A DNA stretch of 64,000 nt from Eledone cirrhosa. Taxonomy: Eukaryota. Of this stretch, positions 40,006-55,895 are shown piece after piece; position 1 is the stretch's first letter, and each line of letters opens with the position of its first letter. The position numbers and the translations under genes are program-made. The notes under the pieces are model-generated. The model had not been told where the DNA came from. It searched no databases and saw only the letters and a list, made by a program, of their open reading frames with translations. The DNA lies in contig OZ024742.1 of NCBI GenBank assembly GCA_964016885.1, forward strand, positions 178,808,001 through 178,872,000, read 5' to 3'.

Positions 40006-40306
40006 ATTTAATTATCTCAAATATATATGTATATATCTGTGTTTGTTTTTCTTTTATATTCAATTATAATATACGGCTCAGAAAAATCTCTTTCCTAGAG
40101 CTATTTTATTGTAAGAGACTATTTTGAGTTTCTAACTCAATATATACCTTTGATATATTCGGCTCCGTTAATTTGTTGAGCTAATTCAAATGTCGAGTAA
40201 ACCTGGTTTGTGAGACACGCTAAGTTCAGATACCATGTGCGTTATTATATATACGCACACTATTCAGTTTTTAAATATACTTAGAAGTGACCAGGATACT
40301 AATTTT

Positions 40307-40386
40307 TCACCCACTGATAAGCAAGAATCGGTATTCCTCTTCACAATTAATTTTGCAAAACAGCATAGCCAAAGCTGTCTGGGTGA
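40307..40386 (+). ncRNA. Decayed hammerhead inside an element with terminal direct repeats (about 40020-40570)
   Basis: Stem I TCACCCA/TGGGTGA; CTGATAA (G8A); AAAAC (G12A); stem III ACAGC/GCTGT-C. Confidence 0.7.
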
Positions 40387-41239
40387 TTGGTAGTTAGCAC
40401 AATTCCGGTTTGTATTTATTTTCTTGATTTATTCTTAAATTGAGTCTGGCAAACCCAATTGTCTATAGTTAGTATTCTTTTCACCTTAGCGAATCTGGTC
40501 CCTTACGATTTGAACACATATATGTATATATCTGTGTTTGTTTTTCTTTTATATTCAATTATTATATTTAATTATCTTGATATTCCGTGTATAAAACCCC
40601 TTTACCAAGATAGTCGACTTAATCAATATTCGGTTTAACACTACCAACTGACCGCGGTTGCTTTTGGTGGAGTCCACTCTTTTGCAAGCAGTTGGACTAA
40701 CTTTGATAACTTTGATAGGTTTCGGTCAGTATTGGCCCAGGCCATGTCTACCTTAAAAGCTAGATCATAAATTTGAGGATAACTTCTCACATCTGTCTCA
40801 CCCGACTCGGGAGCCCTAAAAATGTCATAGGCACGGTTTTTCCTCTTGACTCAGCAATAAAAAATATTAATCGACAGAAATGTTAGGGCGTCGGATTGTC
40901 ACTGAATTTTTATTTCAGCTCACTGCACTTTGGTTCAAATCCCACTAAACTCAACTTCGCCTTCCATCTTTTAGATGTCAATAAATAAATTACCATTTCA
41001 GAGGCAGTTGATTCGTGGAATTGTGGTAGTGTTGCACGAGATGCTATGTGGTATATGTTGTATCTCTATGCGTTTTGAGTTCAAATCCCGTCTTCTTCTG
41101 ACAGGATTTGCAAGCGCTATGTACTATCAGTAATACAGAAACAAATGGAAACAGTTTTCTTGATCCGATATCAAAATCGACTCCTTTCCTTTATAATAGG
41201 AAATAATTATGCTATAAATAGCTAGCAAAACAACAGCAA

Positions 41240-41550
41240 CAATCGAACAAAAAGCTATTTTCCATGTTCAAACCAACCGACATTTATCAAAGAAGTACCT
41301 AATGCCCCAGGTAACCATGAAAAGTGGATCGAATTGGAAACACAAGGTATTAAATGGGAACAAAAAAACACCCACACGGAAAACAAAAGGGCGAGGATAT
41401 TGTGTTAAAGTGACTGTATGAAAGAGTCATTACATGACCAGTGAACGGAAGTACTGAGTGGATTGGAAGTAGATCAAGTAAAACTTATTACTGGTTTAGG
41501 TAACTCATAGCTGAGACTGAATGGTTCCTGATCACTGCACAAGATCAAAG
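41240..41550 (+). pseudogene. Highly degenerate R4/Dong-like LINE fragment
   Basis: Remnants ESLHDQ and LIAETEWFLITAQDQ. Confidence 0.45.
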
Positions 41551-41984
41551 TTCTGTGATTTTGTTTTGTTTATTTGTTACTTTTTGATGTTGATGCTGTT
41601 TTTGTTGTTTGCTCGCCAGACGTTTCCAACCCGTATTTAATGATGTAGAACATAGAAAAGGCGTCTTTTGTGGTTTTGATGTGATTATGAAGAGGGGTAA
41701 TCGATCACGTTACTTTGTTTCTGACTATTCACATTTGATCACAACTGAATTGTTTCATTATTTTTTTTTTAATTTGCTGAGTCGATAGAACGTCGGATTA
41801 AACGCCTCTCTATCTATTCCAGCTCGCTGCACCTTGAGTTCAAATCCTGTAGAGGTTAACTTTGCCTTTCAGTATTTCGTGTTTGATAAATAAAGTACAA
41901 GCCGAGGGGCGGTGTATTGGCGGAATTATTAAATACTCTAGCAGGATGTGTTGCAGATTCTGATCCGGCTCTGTGCGTAGTACT

Positions 41985-42675
41985 TAGTGTAGAGAAGTTA
42001 GTTCGGAGAAGAATAAAACATTTAGTGCGGAGAAGTTAGTGTGGAGATGAATAAAATGTAGTAGTTAGTGCGGAGAAGTAGAAGTTAGTGTGGAGAAGAC
42101 TAAAATGTAGTAGTTAGTGCGGAGAAGTTAGTGTGGAGAAGACTAAAATGTAGTAGTTAGTGCGGAGAAGTTAGTGTGGAGAAGACTAAAATGTAGTAGT
42201 TAGTGCGGAGAAGTTAGTGTGGAGAAGACTAAAATGTAGTAGTTAGTGCGGAGAAGTAGAAATTAGTGTGGAGAAGACTAAAATGTAGTAGTTAGTATGG
42301 TGAAGAATAAAATGTAGTAGTTAGTGCGGAGAAGTAGAAGTTAGTGTGGAGAAGACTAAAATGTAGTAGTTAGTGCGGAGAAGTTAGTGTGGAGAAGAAT
42401 AAAATGTAGTAGTTAGTGCGGAGAAGAATAAAATGTAGTATTTAGTGCGGAGGAGTAGAAGTTAGTGTGGAGAAGACTAAAATGTAGTAGTTAGTACGGT
42501 GAAGAATAAAATGTAGTAGTTAGTGCGGAGAAGAATAAAATGTAGTATTTAGTGCGGAGGAGTAGAAGTTAGTGTGGAGAAGACTAAAATGTAGTAGTTA
42601 GTACGGTGAAGAATAAAATGTAGTAGTTAGTGCGGAGAAGACTAAAATGTAGTATTTAGTGCGGAGGAGAATAAA
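41985..42675. repeat. Composite 14/29-bp minisatellite between SINE remnants
   Basis: Units GTTAGTG(C/T)GGAGAA and GA(C/A)TAAAATGTAGTA in varying order. Confidence 0.92.
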
Positions 42676-42931
42676 AGGCAAAAGTCGAGCACGATAGATA
42701 TTTGAACTCAGAAAGTGAAGATAATTAAATAATGCAAAGAATGTGATTGTGTTAGTTGTAAGGGATGGCGACTGTGAGAAACAACATTGTAAGTAGGTGT
42801 GAAAGCTGAATACACAGATCATATATAGGTATAAATATTTATATAAAAAAAAATTAACAAAAGAAGTTGACATATTTACACACACACACACACACACACA
42901 CTCACACACACACACACACACACACTCACTC

Positions 42932-42966
<35 letters not shown>

Positions 42967-42998
42967 GACACACACGCACACACACACAGACACACACA

Positions 42999-43049
<51 letters not shown>

Positions 43050-43058
43050 ATACACGCG

Positions 43059-43089
<31 letters not shown>

Positions 43090-43308
43090 GCTGTGAGTGA
43101 AATAAATACATATTTTTGCGCGAATGTGTACTTTTATCTATAGTATAAACTATTGCTCTATTTGAAAGGTTCTCAAATTTTGGGAGCCTCACGGCCACGT
43201 AATACCCTCAACGGCCCTCAACCCTATTTACAGAGAAACCTGCCTAGACTCAAATTGTAAATGATATATAATAAATAAAATTGCTAATTTATATATACTA
43301 AATAATAT

Positions 43309-43499
43309 AATTGTTTCTACTTTTGGCACAAGGCCAGCAATTATCACAGTGCATTACTGGTACTTTATTTTATCAACCCCGTAAGGATGAAAGGCAAAGT
43401 TAACCTCGGCGGGATTTAAACTCAGAATGGCAAGGCCCGTAACTCTATGCGTTGAAGCTTGTCGTCCGACCCTCTACCGATACTGCCAATCCACCGCCT
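43309..43499 (-). mobile_element. Full-length SINE
   Basis: Reverse complement of the consensus at 26332. Confidence 0.92.
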
Positions 43500-43679
43500 T
43501 ATATACTAAATAATATAATATATACTATGTATAAATAAATATTATATATTTTTTTAATTTTATCATATTTATATATAATATGTATCATTTGATATTTGAT
43601 ATACTATTATATCATCTTTACCGACCTCTGGATCTTCTCAATGCCCCCGGGGGCGGTAGCGCCCACTTTATTCAGTGCT

Positions 43680-44140
43680 ATCAAGCGAATTGGCAGAGTC
43701 GTTAAAGTGTAAGAGAAAATGCTTAGCAATACTAGTTCTGCCTCTCTACGTTCTGATTTAAAATCCTTCCAGGTGAAATAAAATAAAGTACCAGACAAGT
43801 ACTGGAGTCCATTCTTCCACTGTTTCTCTGTCTCTTTCTAGCTCTTTCTGTCTCACAATCTGACCCAGACATGGAGAAGGATGGAATCTGTCAGGTTTAA
43901 AATGTCACAATGGCACTTCTATGACTCAACCAGCAGTTCAGGTCTCAGGAGATCATGGAGAGATATTATTAACTCCCTAATGTTTGCGTTAAGGCGGTGA
44001 ATTGGTAGAGTAGTTAGAATTTCGGATAGAATAATGCTTTGCAGTATTCGTTCTGGCTCTCTCCACTCTGAGTTCAAATCCTGCCGAGGTTCAATTTACC
44101 TGGTCGATAAATAAAATGTCAGATCAGTACTGGAGTCGAT
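43680..44140 (+). mobile_element. Two diverged SINE copies
   Basis: GAATTGG(C/T)AGAG heads, B-box and AAGTACCAG/AGTACTGGAGTC. Confidence 0.7.
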
Positions 44141-45202
44141 ATTTTCTCTGTATCTCTTTCTCACTTCCTTTTTATCAGTCTTTCTATCACCACCACCCCT
44201 TTCGCTCTCTCCATCTCCATGTTTAAAATGCCCAAGACAGGCCGTATGTCACGACAGTGCCACTACGACTCCACCATAAGTGTCGGTCTCATACAAATAC
44301 AACTGTTTGCGTTACTTTATCTTCGTACGTAATGCACTGTTGTTACATTTGCACGAAGCGGCAGTAATACGAAGAATTGAATTAAATTGAATGAACTTTA
44401 TTTAGGGAAGGAGGAGAAAAAAGGCAGCTGCAAATATTAACGGCGGAGTTTATCTGGCCATGGGACTAAACAGATTTGAAACAACAATGGAGCAGAGATA
44501 TAGGAGGGAGGGAGTGAAGGAGGTTGAGGAGTAGAGAGATATATTATAAGGGTGAGAGAGAGAGATGAAAAAAGAGGAAGGGATGGACAGAGAGGAAGGG
44601 AGGATGTGAGAGGAAAGGGAGGGCCTGAGAGGAAGGGACGGTGAGAGGGAAAGAAATGGAGAGAGAGAGAGAAAGGGAGGGTGAGAGGGAAATGAAATAA
44701 GGAATTGGATGTCTTAATGTCCACTTCATTCACAATGAGTATATATTAATTAGACACTTTAGCGAGAGCAGTTCCTGAATTAGAGTGATGGGCAAAGTAA
44801 AATATGGTCAATCATCTCAATAAATAAATAAATAAATAAAATAAGAAATAAAATAAAACAAATAAAACAATAAAATAAAATAAATAAAACAAAAAGAGCC
44901 AGCCATAAACAACAGATTAACCACGGCATCCAAAACTAATGATATTAATAACGTTACGAGGTGTACCTGTGGTTTTAAACATCCAGCTTTGTCACACACA
45001 GTGTCACGCTGAATCTCCCTGAGAACTCTGTTAAGGGTACGTGAATTTGCATATTAACATCACGAGCATGCGATACCGTTGTTCGAACAACTGGCACGCT
45101 CGTCGTCAAAACCGATGGAAGCCCAATACCCAGATACATATATAGACACACACATATATATATATATATATACACACACATACACACATATATATATATA
45201 TA

Positions 45203-45576
<374 letters not shown>

Positions 45577-45579
45577 AAT

Positions 45580-45632
<53 letters not shown>

Positions 45633-45633
45633 A

Positions 45634-45694
<61 letters not shown>

Positions 45695-45749
45695 TTCAAA
45701 ATATTAACAAATGTAGACATTCACGTAATCAAAATATATTTTATTATAT

Positions 45750-46335
<586 letters not shown>

Positions 46336-46504
46336 ATATATATCAACTAAGAATATTTTCGAAACAGCGAGTGGGTTTGAAATTATTATAAATGTAAGCT
46401 ATCGCCGTATTTTGACTAAATACTCATCTTTTTCCATTTCTCCGAGGCTAAATAATTTCTGTAATTTCTTTAGTCAAAATACGGCGATAGCTTACATTTA
46501 TAAT

Positions 46505-46602
<98 letters not shown>

Positions 46603-46803
46603 TATATATACATTTAGGTTTGTTGGTTCACCACTGGATAGAACTGGTCATTCCGTATAGTTAACCATGATGTAATATTAGGGAGACCACTCAACGTAAT
46701 GCAACTCACACGTCTTCGTTTGTGTTGTTGGTGGTGCGAGTACGGAGTTAATTATTATAAAATAACATGAGGCTGGATTGGTGTAATTCCTTAAAGCTTT
46801 ATT

Positions 46804-46861
46804 ATACTATGAACATTTCAATGTCCTGGTTCAGTGTGAATCCGGTGCCATCATCAGGTAT
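46804..46861 (-). ncRNA. Type I hammerhead ribozyme
   Basis: ATAC-CTGATGA-imperfect stem II-GAAAT-GTTC-ATA-GTAT-AATAAA. Confidence 0.75.
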
Positions 46862-46994
46862 TCGAAATTTAACAAAAGAATAGAATAGTTATAATATATA
46901 ATATATATATATATGGGAGCGACCAAGAATATAGTAAATATATTTCCTATAAACTCGTTATTATATATGATAACTCGTTATTATATATAATAAT

Positions 46995-47175
46995 GGCGGT
47001 GAATTGGCAGTAACGGTAGAGGGTTGGACGCCATGCTTTCTAGCATAGTTACGTCCCTTTACAGTCTGAGTTCAAATCCCGCCGAGGTTAACTTTGCCTT
47101 TCATCCTTACGGGATGAAGTACCAGTAATGTACTGGGTAATTGCTGGCCTTGTGCCTAAAGTAGAAACAGTTATT
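46995..47175 (+). mobile_element. SINE flanked by a 40-bp direct repeat
   Basis: SINE consensus; repeat copies at 46930-46969 and 47193-47232. Confidence 0.88.
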
Positions 47176-47281
47176 ATATATAATAACGAGTTTATAGTAA
47201 ATATATTTCCTATAAACTCGTTATTATATATGGGTGTGGGTGTGAGTATCGCTGTGTGTGTATGCGAGTCTACATGTTAAC

Positions 47282-47373
47282 ACATATCTAAGGAGGTTCC
47301 CGTTCCAGAATCAGGATCGGTCATTAATCGATCGTTCCTCGAGCTGATCGACAGTGAAACATATGTAATATGT
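47282..47373 (+). ncRNA. Decayed hammerhead (G5A)
   Basis: Stem I ACATAT/ATATGT; CTAAGGA; GAAAC-ATAT-GTA. Confidence 0.6.
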
Positions 47374-48164
47374 AATTAAATATGTAAATAATGCAACACT
47401 GATTCGTTGTTCCTTTATATTAATACTATTGTTACTCTGCTCCCAACGGGCAGCGAGTGCTCATCTCGGCACACCACATACGGACGCAATTAATTTGCAC
47501 CTTTAATACCTATATATATATATACATATATATATATGTATGTGTATGTATGTATTTTTATATCTGTATGCATATATATGTATGTTTATCTTTACCCTTT
47601 CTAGCAGTCTCTCTTTCTCTGTTAGCCTCTTCCTCACCTCACCCTTCAGTCACTCATTCTCTGTCACTACCTCTCCTCCTCCTCCTCCTCCTCCTCTTTC
47701 TTCCCGTTTGACCTGTGAGTAACTCTTTTCTCTCACATTCTCGGCCAAGCTGGTCGGAATTTTTTCTCTCTCGTCTACGATTTCACAGAACTTATGTTTA
47801 CCGAATTCGCAGACCAGACCCCTTCTTCCTCTCGTTAGACCTGTGCGAAATTCCTTCCTTGCTCACATTTCAACCAGGTTTGATGGTCTTTATTCTCTCG
47901 TTCACGATTTCACCGAACTTAAATTCATAGAAATCTGGGACTTGTCTCCTTCTTCCTCACTTTCTGTTGCCTCACCATTTTGTTTGTTTACCCTCGCGTC
48001 CCCTTTATTTACGTGTCCCAACGACTTTTTTTAGCCGTTGCTCGCACCAACCGGAGGCATATGGTCTTTAAAGCGATGAAATGCCTATGATAGTTGGAAG
48101 ATCACTGATGAAGGACAAACTTTTTTCATATGTAACCCATTTGCAACTCCGCAGCGCCCTTATT

Positions 48165-48314
<150 letters not shown>

Positions 48315-48627
48315 AACATATGCATAGCATACAGATATAAATATACACACATACACACACACACACATATATATATATATATGTATATATATAACAAATC
48401 CCGGATAGTCTTCCTACACTCCCGGATATGTCTCCGTAATCAATAACTCTCTACTTGATTGGGACATGGTGTTCAAACCCTGATGTGAAAGACTTCGCCA
48501 GTTGGTGCTATTTAGTTAGACAATACCTGGGCCAATACTGACCGAAACTTAGCAGATTATCAAAGTTCGCTTTTGTATTAGTTTTGCAAGATTTATTGGC
48601 AGCGTGACCATATATATATATATATAT

Positions 48628-48966
48628 TAGAAACTGAGGTTTCTTTTACAAAATGAAAAATAAACGAGGTGTTCTACACGAGTGAAAGTGTAAAGAAAAA
48701 AGATGAAATCGAAAATGAAACTGGAATCTTTAAAAAAAAAAAAATATTTATTCGGTTCCTTTACCGGTTTCGAAGTTCTTGTGCTTTTCAAAAGTAGAAT
48801 TGAGATGGAGGGTTTGTGGTTTTTCTCACATCTGATGAGAAAAACGACAAACCCTCCATCTCAATTCTACTTTTGAAAAGCGCAAGAACTGCGAAATCGG
48901 TAAAGGAACCAAATAAATATATTAAAAAAAAAACACTCCAGTTGCATTTTCGATTTCATCTTTTTT

Positions 48967-48971
<5 letters not shown>
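48628..48971 (-). mobile_element. Family C fold-back element with a U3-A8 hammerhead in each arm (48759-48794 minus, 48870-48905 plus)
   Basis: Arms 48691-48829/48836-48971, homologous to 37101-37240. Confidence 0.88.
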
Positions 48972-49012
<41 letters not shown>

Positions 49013-49518
49013 GTGTGTGTGTATATGACTGTCTTCCTGATTAACTTAATGGCGTGATTCTTCTTTTTATTGTCCTTTACCTTTGGGCCTATATGGTCAA
49101 TAAATGATATTGATAACGATTCTCGTTTTTTACTTTCTGAGTTCAACTTTCATCCATCCTAGGTCATTATTAAAATAAAGTATCATTCGTGAACTGGACC
49201 AACTTAATCCACCTCAAAAGAAAAAAAAAAAGAAAAAAAATTTCTGGCTTTGCACATAAATTAGAAACAATATTTCATATAGAAATAGACACATACATTG
49301 GCATGTTTTTATAGATATATGTATGCATGTTTCAATATGTTTGTATAACCGTTATGTGTGCATATAGGTATATTTATATATATATGTGAACGGTAAAAGC
49401 AAAAACATTCAAATGTTTATGTTTTCGGCGTCATTACCACACCCAGAGGCTAATCAAGTGGCTGTCATATGGTGCATTGCTATATATATATATATGTGTG
49501 TGTGAGTGTGTAACCAAG

Positions 49519-49575
<57 letters not shown>

Positions 49576-49788
49576 TAATAAAAATAATGAATAAACAAAG
49601 AAACAGTTCCTTATATTAAAAAATTCATCATTTTACGATCGTTTCTAGGATATATATATTAGTGTTGGTATGTATATCATATAGATCTATGTAAAATTTT
49701 TACAAACTATCAGAAGGAATATACATACCTACACATATATATGCTGTCTTCAGAAATAATCATTTATAATAATTTTGGTAGATTTATC

Positions 49789-49866
<78 letters not shown>

Positions 49867-50077
49867 TATTTATATATATGTGTGTATGTATTGGAGTGTG
49901 TGAGTATGTGTGTGTGAGTGTGTATAGCTAGATATATAACTAGACAGATAGATATGTGGATATATAGATTAATAGGTTGATAGTAGCAAAGTTAAATTCA
50001 TATTACTGGTTGGTCCAAAAGGTGACACGTCTATTATATATATATATACATACATATATATATATATATACACATAA

Positions 50078-50108
<31 letters not shown>

Positions 50109-50129
50109 TATATAATGAGATAAGAATTA

Positions 50130-50187
<58 letters not shown>

Positions 50188-50311
50188 CATATATATATAT
50201 ATATACACATATATATATATGTATATATACATACATATATATATATATATGTATATATACATACATATATATATATATAATGAGATAAGAATTATATATG
50301 CATATGTACAC

Positions 50312-50404
<93 letters not shown>

Positions 50405-50482
50405 TATATACATGTATATATATATCTATATATATATACATATATATATATACACACATATATATATATATATATACATATA

Positions 50483-50597
<115 letters not shown>

Positions 50598-50944
50598 AGA
50601 AAGACATTTAAAGCCTGGGATAATTTTGAGTGCTTTCCATCGACCATCATAACAACAATTTAGTGTGACAGCCATAAAACTTTCTATACTTTCGGAAACA
50701 ATTGACCGTTATGCTTGAATGACAACACACATAAAAATACATAGATACATCATATCGTAAAAATATAATAAAAATATAATATAATAAATAAATAAAAGAA
50801 TATCTATATAAAGTTGTAGTAAGATATAGAGAAACAAAAAGAAAATCACAGTCCTCCGAACAGAGGTGATATTGATGGAGAAAACATCTAGAGAGATAAA
50901 CCCATGAAGACATGTACACTTAGACATGAACTCACAGACACGTA

Positions 50945-51099
<155 letters not shown>

Positions 51100-51149
51100 A
51101 TATATATACATATGTATATATATGTACATATATGTATATATTCATGTGT

Positions 51150-51195
<46 letters not shown>

Positions 51196-51199
51196 GTAC

Positions 51200-51280
<81 letters not shown>

Positions 51281-51393
51281 CATAGATACATACATACACA
51301 CACACCCACACACACATATACATACGCACACACACACATACACACATATATATATATATATATAGAGAGAGAGAAAGACAGCGAGAGAGAGAG

Positions 51394-51428
51394 TGGTTAG
51401 CCTGTAAACGTTTAAGCCGACCCTCGTA
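51394..51428 (-). mobile_element. Isolated mariner-like TIR fragment
   Basis: TA-CGAGGGTCGGCTTAAACGTT on the minus strand, starting in a TA tract. Confidence 0.45.
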
Positions 51429-51458
51429 TATATATATATATATATATATGCTTTTATA

Positions 51459-51850
<392 letters not shown>

Positions 51851-52182
51851 TATATATATATAATAGAAAAAACGAGGAAGTTTCGTTTACATATGAAACA
51901 TATTTATTGCGTATTGACCTCTCTATCTCTATCTCTATCTCTATCTCCCTATCTTTCTCTTTTTCCCGTTATCTCTCCCTCTTTCCTTCTACCTCCCTTT
52001 CTTTTTCTCCATCCTCTCTCAGTTTTTATTTTTTCATTCCTCACCTTTTTTGTCCTAAGTTGCCTAAGTCCTTTGCAAAGCTTACCCGGGGTTGTTGTAG
52101 ATGGGTTTGCTTCGCAACCACATAGGGATAAGTGTCTTTAAGTACACCATCGGTTTGACCAATGAAATTTGGTAGGCAAATA

Positions 52183-52215
<33 letters not shown>

Positions 52216-52237
52216 TGTATGTATGTATGTATGTATG

Positions 52238-52955
52238 TTTTCTCTTTCTCTTAATTTCGAGTATATTTTTTTGACCGGCCACCTTCCTGGTGGCAAGGTT
52301 GTAAAAGAAAAGAAATTGTCATCCCTTGAATCACAAGAATGTTTTGCATATTTTGAAGGTGCCAGCTATTGCAGCCATTTGTAGACTATGAATTAGGGAG
52401 CTGCGCTTTTTGTCCGCAAATCCAAGTTCGGTCATACTTTGGTCCAAGCGGGTTGGTATATAACCCGTAGCACCAATAATGATGGGTATGAAGCTAAAGG
52501 TGTATCTTGGATACTGGATTTGTAAGCTCCTCATCAATGGTCCGTAGATGTCCTCCTTCTCCTGTATTTTTCTGACAACGTTTACACAAGTGGGCAGCTG
52601 ATCTCCACAACAGAACACGTTTTCAATGTGTGGTCCCAAACTACAATATCAGGCCGGTTGTGCTTTAATTTGGTGGCAGTTTTTATTTTCAGGTTCCACC
52701 AGTATTCCTTAGTGCCATCTGTCTCAATATATTCTTCCTCGTTTGTTGTTAATTTTGTTTTCCGAAGTGCGTTCCAGATAGTTCTAGCTATCCCATCGTG
52801 TCTCATGGGGAGGTAGTAGCGAGATGACATTCTTTCGCAGCTGGCAACAATGTGGCTTACATCCTCGATCTTTGTTTTACATAGCCTACATTTATTGTCA
52901 GCTGCTGGCCCTCCTCTTTTGTGCAGCAGATATTTGGTAGGGAGTTCTTGTTCCT
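52238..52955 (-). mobile_element. 5'-truncated R4-like RLE LINE inserted in (CATA)n
   Basis: [42 protein letters not shown]; one frameshift; (TATG)n on both sides. Confidence 0.88.
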
Positions 52956-53109
52956 ATGTATGTATGTATGTGTGTATGTATGTATGTATGTATGTATGTA
53001 TGTATGTATGTATGACAAGCGATTGCAATACTCTTAGCAGAGTTTGCAGCCATCATGTATGTGCGTGTATACTATTGAATTTCAAGGTAGTTTTTGAAAA
53101 GATTGTGTC

Positions 53110-53718
53110 GAAGTAAACGTAAAACCCCCTTCTATCACGCACAACTATGGGATTTGCACCTAGTAAGTTTCCTTTCCGAGGCACAAATCTAAGCAACATG
53201 TTTTGATGGACGTCCAGCAGTCGTCCATGCATACCAATATCCCCTCTCCACGCCACTGATGTTGTGCAAGGGAGAAGTAAAGGCTGATACAGCTTTGCGC
53301 CAGTGACGTCACAACTCATTTCTACAGCTGAGTGAAATGGAGCAACGTGAAATAAAATGTCTTGCTAAAAAAACACAACATATTGCACAGTCCGTGAAAT
53401 TGAACTCACCACTCACCACCGATGCTCTAACCACTAAAATGGGAAGGCCAAATAATGCGTCTAAAAATTATATACACAATGTTTGGCCTTCCAATCATGT
53501 AAAATTATATATATATATAATAAAGGATCGATCGACTTTCGTCAAATCGGACCGAGCAAACAATGTTTTCGTCGGTCTTTCCAGTTGCTAGTACTATCTA
53601 TCGGTCGGAACTCCAGGTAGAAGGAGCAACGCGAAATAAAGTGTCTTGCTCAATGGAATAACGCATCGCCCGGTCCAGGAATCGAACTCACAACCTCAAG
53701 ATTGTGAATCCAATTCAC

Positions 53719-53720
<2 letters not shown>
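53110..53720 (-). mobile_element. CORE-type SINE (53110-53440) and a 5' fragment (53620-53715)
   Basis: Minus strand B-box GAGTTCGATTCC and CORE-like TGAGCAAGACACTTTATTTC. Confidence 0.7.
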
Positions 53721-53766
<46 letters not shown>

Positions 53767-53792
53767 GTATATATGTATATATATATATATAC

Positions 53793-53962
<170 letters not shown>

Positions 53963-53963
53963 T

Positions 53964-54096
<133 letters not shown>

Positions 54097-54297
54097 ATCA
54101 AAAGATGGTTAAAAGAGTTCCATGTATTTTATTATGCGCATTTCAAAAACAAATATCATCATTATCTTATTTCTTATTCTTTCTTCTCATGAAGGACTAG
54201 CGTCCGAAACATTGAGACCCTCTTCTTGCTATTTTAAGCGTTAACCAAATATATTCCTTCCATATGCTGTACCGATTCTGCTGTTACTTCTGTTTAC

Positions 54298-54411
<114 letters not shown>

Positions 54412-54760
54412 TGTGTGTGTGTGCGCGCGTATGTGTGTGTGTGTGTGTATGTGTGGCAGTGTCTCATATTTTACGTTTAATGTTTTTGCATGTCCCATGA
54501 CAAAGCGATTCGACAAAAACAGAACGATAAAATAAGTACCGGACAAGAAAAGGTGACTTTTTTTTTTACTATACCTTTCAAGGCGGCGCCGCCCCATTCC
54601 CTCAATCCAATGATTGAAACCGAGAAAAGTATTAAACACGTATTTTTCTTCCCTAAACACCCTTTCTCTCTTTTCCGTCTAGTCTTTCTTAATACTCTTT
54701 ATTCTTTACGCTTTCCCCTTCTTTTTTCGCTAATAGTTGTAATTTCTGCAGCTGAAATAC

Positions 54761-54853
<93 letters not shown>

Positions 54854-54933
54854 TACTCACACACACTAACACTCAGACATTCTCTCATCCGTTCTCTCTT
54901 CATCGTCCAAATGTCTCTTTCTCTTTCCTCCTC

Positions 54934-55050
<117 letters not shown>

Positions 55051-55441
55051 GATATATATAGATATATATATACTTAAATCAGAGTAAACTCATACAGGGA
55101 CACACACAACCACAGACTCACACATACACTTAAATCACAGCATACAGCCGCACACACATACACACTCCCACTTAAATCATAGTACACACATACAGGCATA
55201 GAATTCAATAGTCCTCTGAAGGTTTGTCAATGACGTAGTGTCATTTGTTAAAGGAATTGTTATCTCAGCGTCCATCACTTTTAGCCAACAGCGCGTTGCA
55301 CCGGCTTGACACACTGTCGGGCCTTACTTGATCCTATCTTCCGCAGACAGATGCCTGAAAACCATCTGCTTGGACTGGTCAGCAGAGCGGAGACCAACCT
55401 TATTATAGTCGTCAATCCAAAGACGCACACATACATGTGCG

Positions 55442-55520
<79 letters not shown>

Positions 55521-55832
55521 GTATACATATACATACATATTTATAATTATATGCACACATATATATATATAGTGTGTGTGTATATATATATATATATATG
55601 TGTATATATATATATATATTTATATGTATGTATGTATGTATGTATGAATGTATGTATGTATTATGTTCGTATGTATGTATCTATGATTGTCCGTGAAATA
55701 TGTGTAATAATTTTTTGCGGGCCTACGTCCGCATGCTCTTGTGTTTGCTCTTGTGTATGATATTGGTAGTTGGATGTGATTTTCTGTCTGTCTCTCTCTC
55801 TCTCTCTCGCTCACTCTCTCTCTCTACCTCTC

Positions 55833-55895
<63 letters not shown>

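Noticed and set aside
41985-42675. CRISPR-like array
   Set aside because: No unique spacers, no cas genes, eukaryotic context.
48832-48838. CTGATGA at the hairpin apex as a hammerhead core
   Set aside because: Created by the fold-back junction; no stem II or GAAA follows.
54186-54215. Hammerhead-like CTCATGA-AGGAC-TAGC-GTCC-GAAAC (similar partial motifs near 6210, 12975, 20702 and 48105)
   Set aside because: Core is mutated and stems I/III are missing; too degenerate to call.
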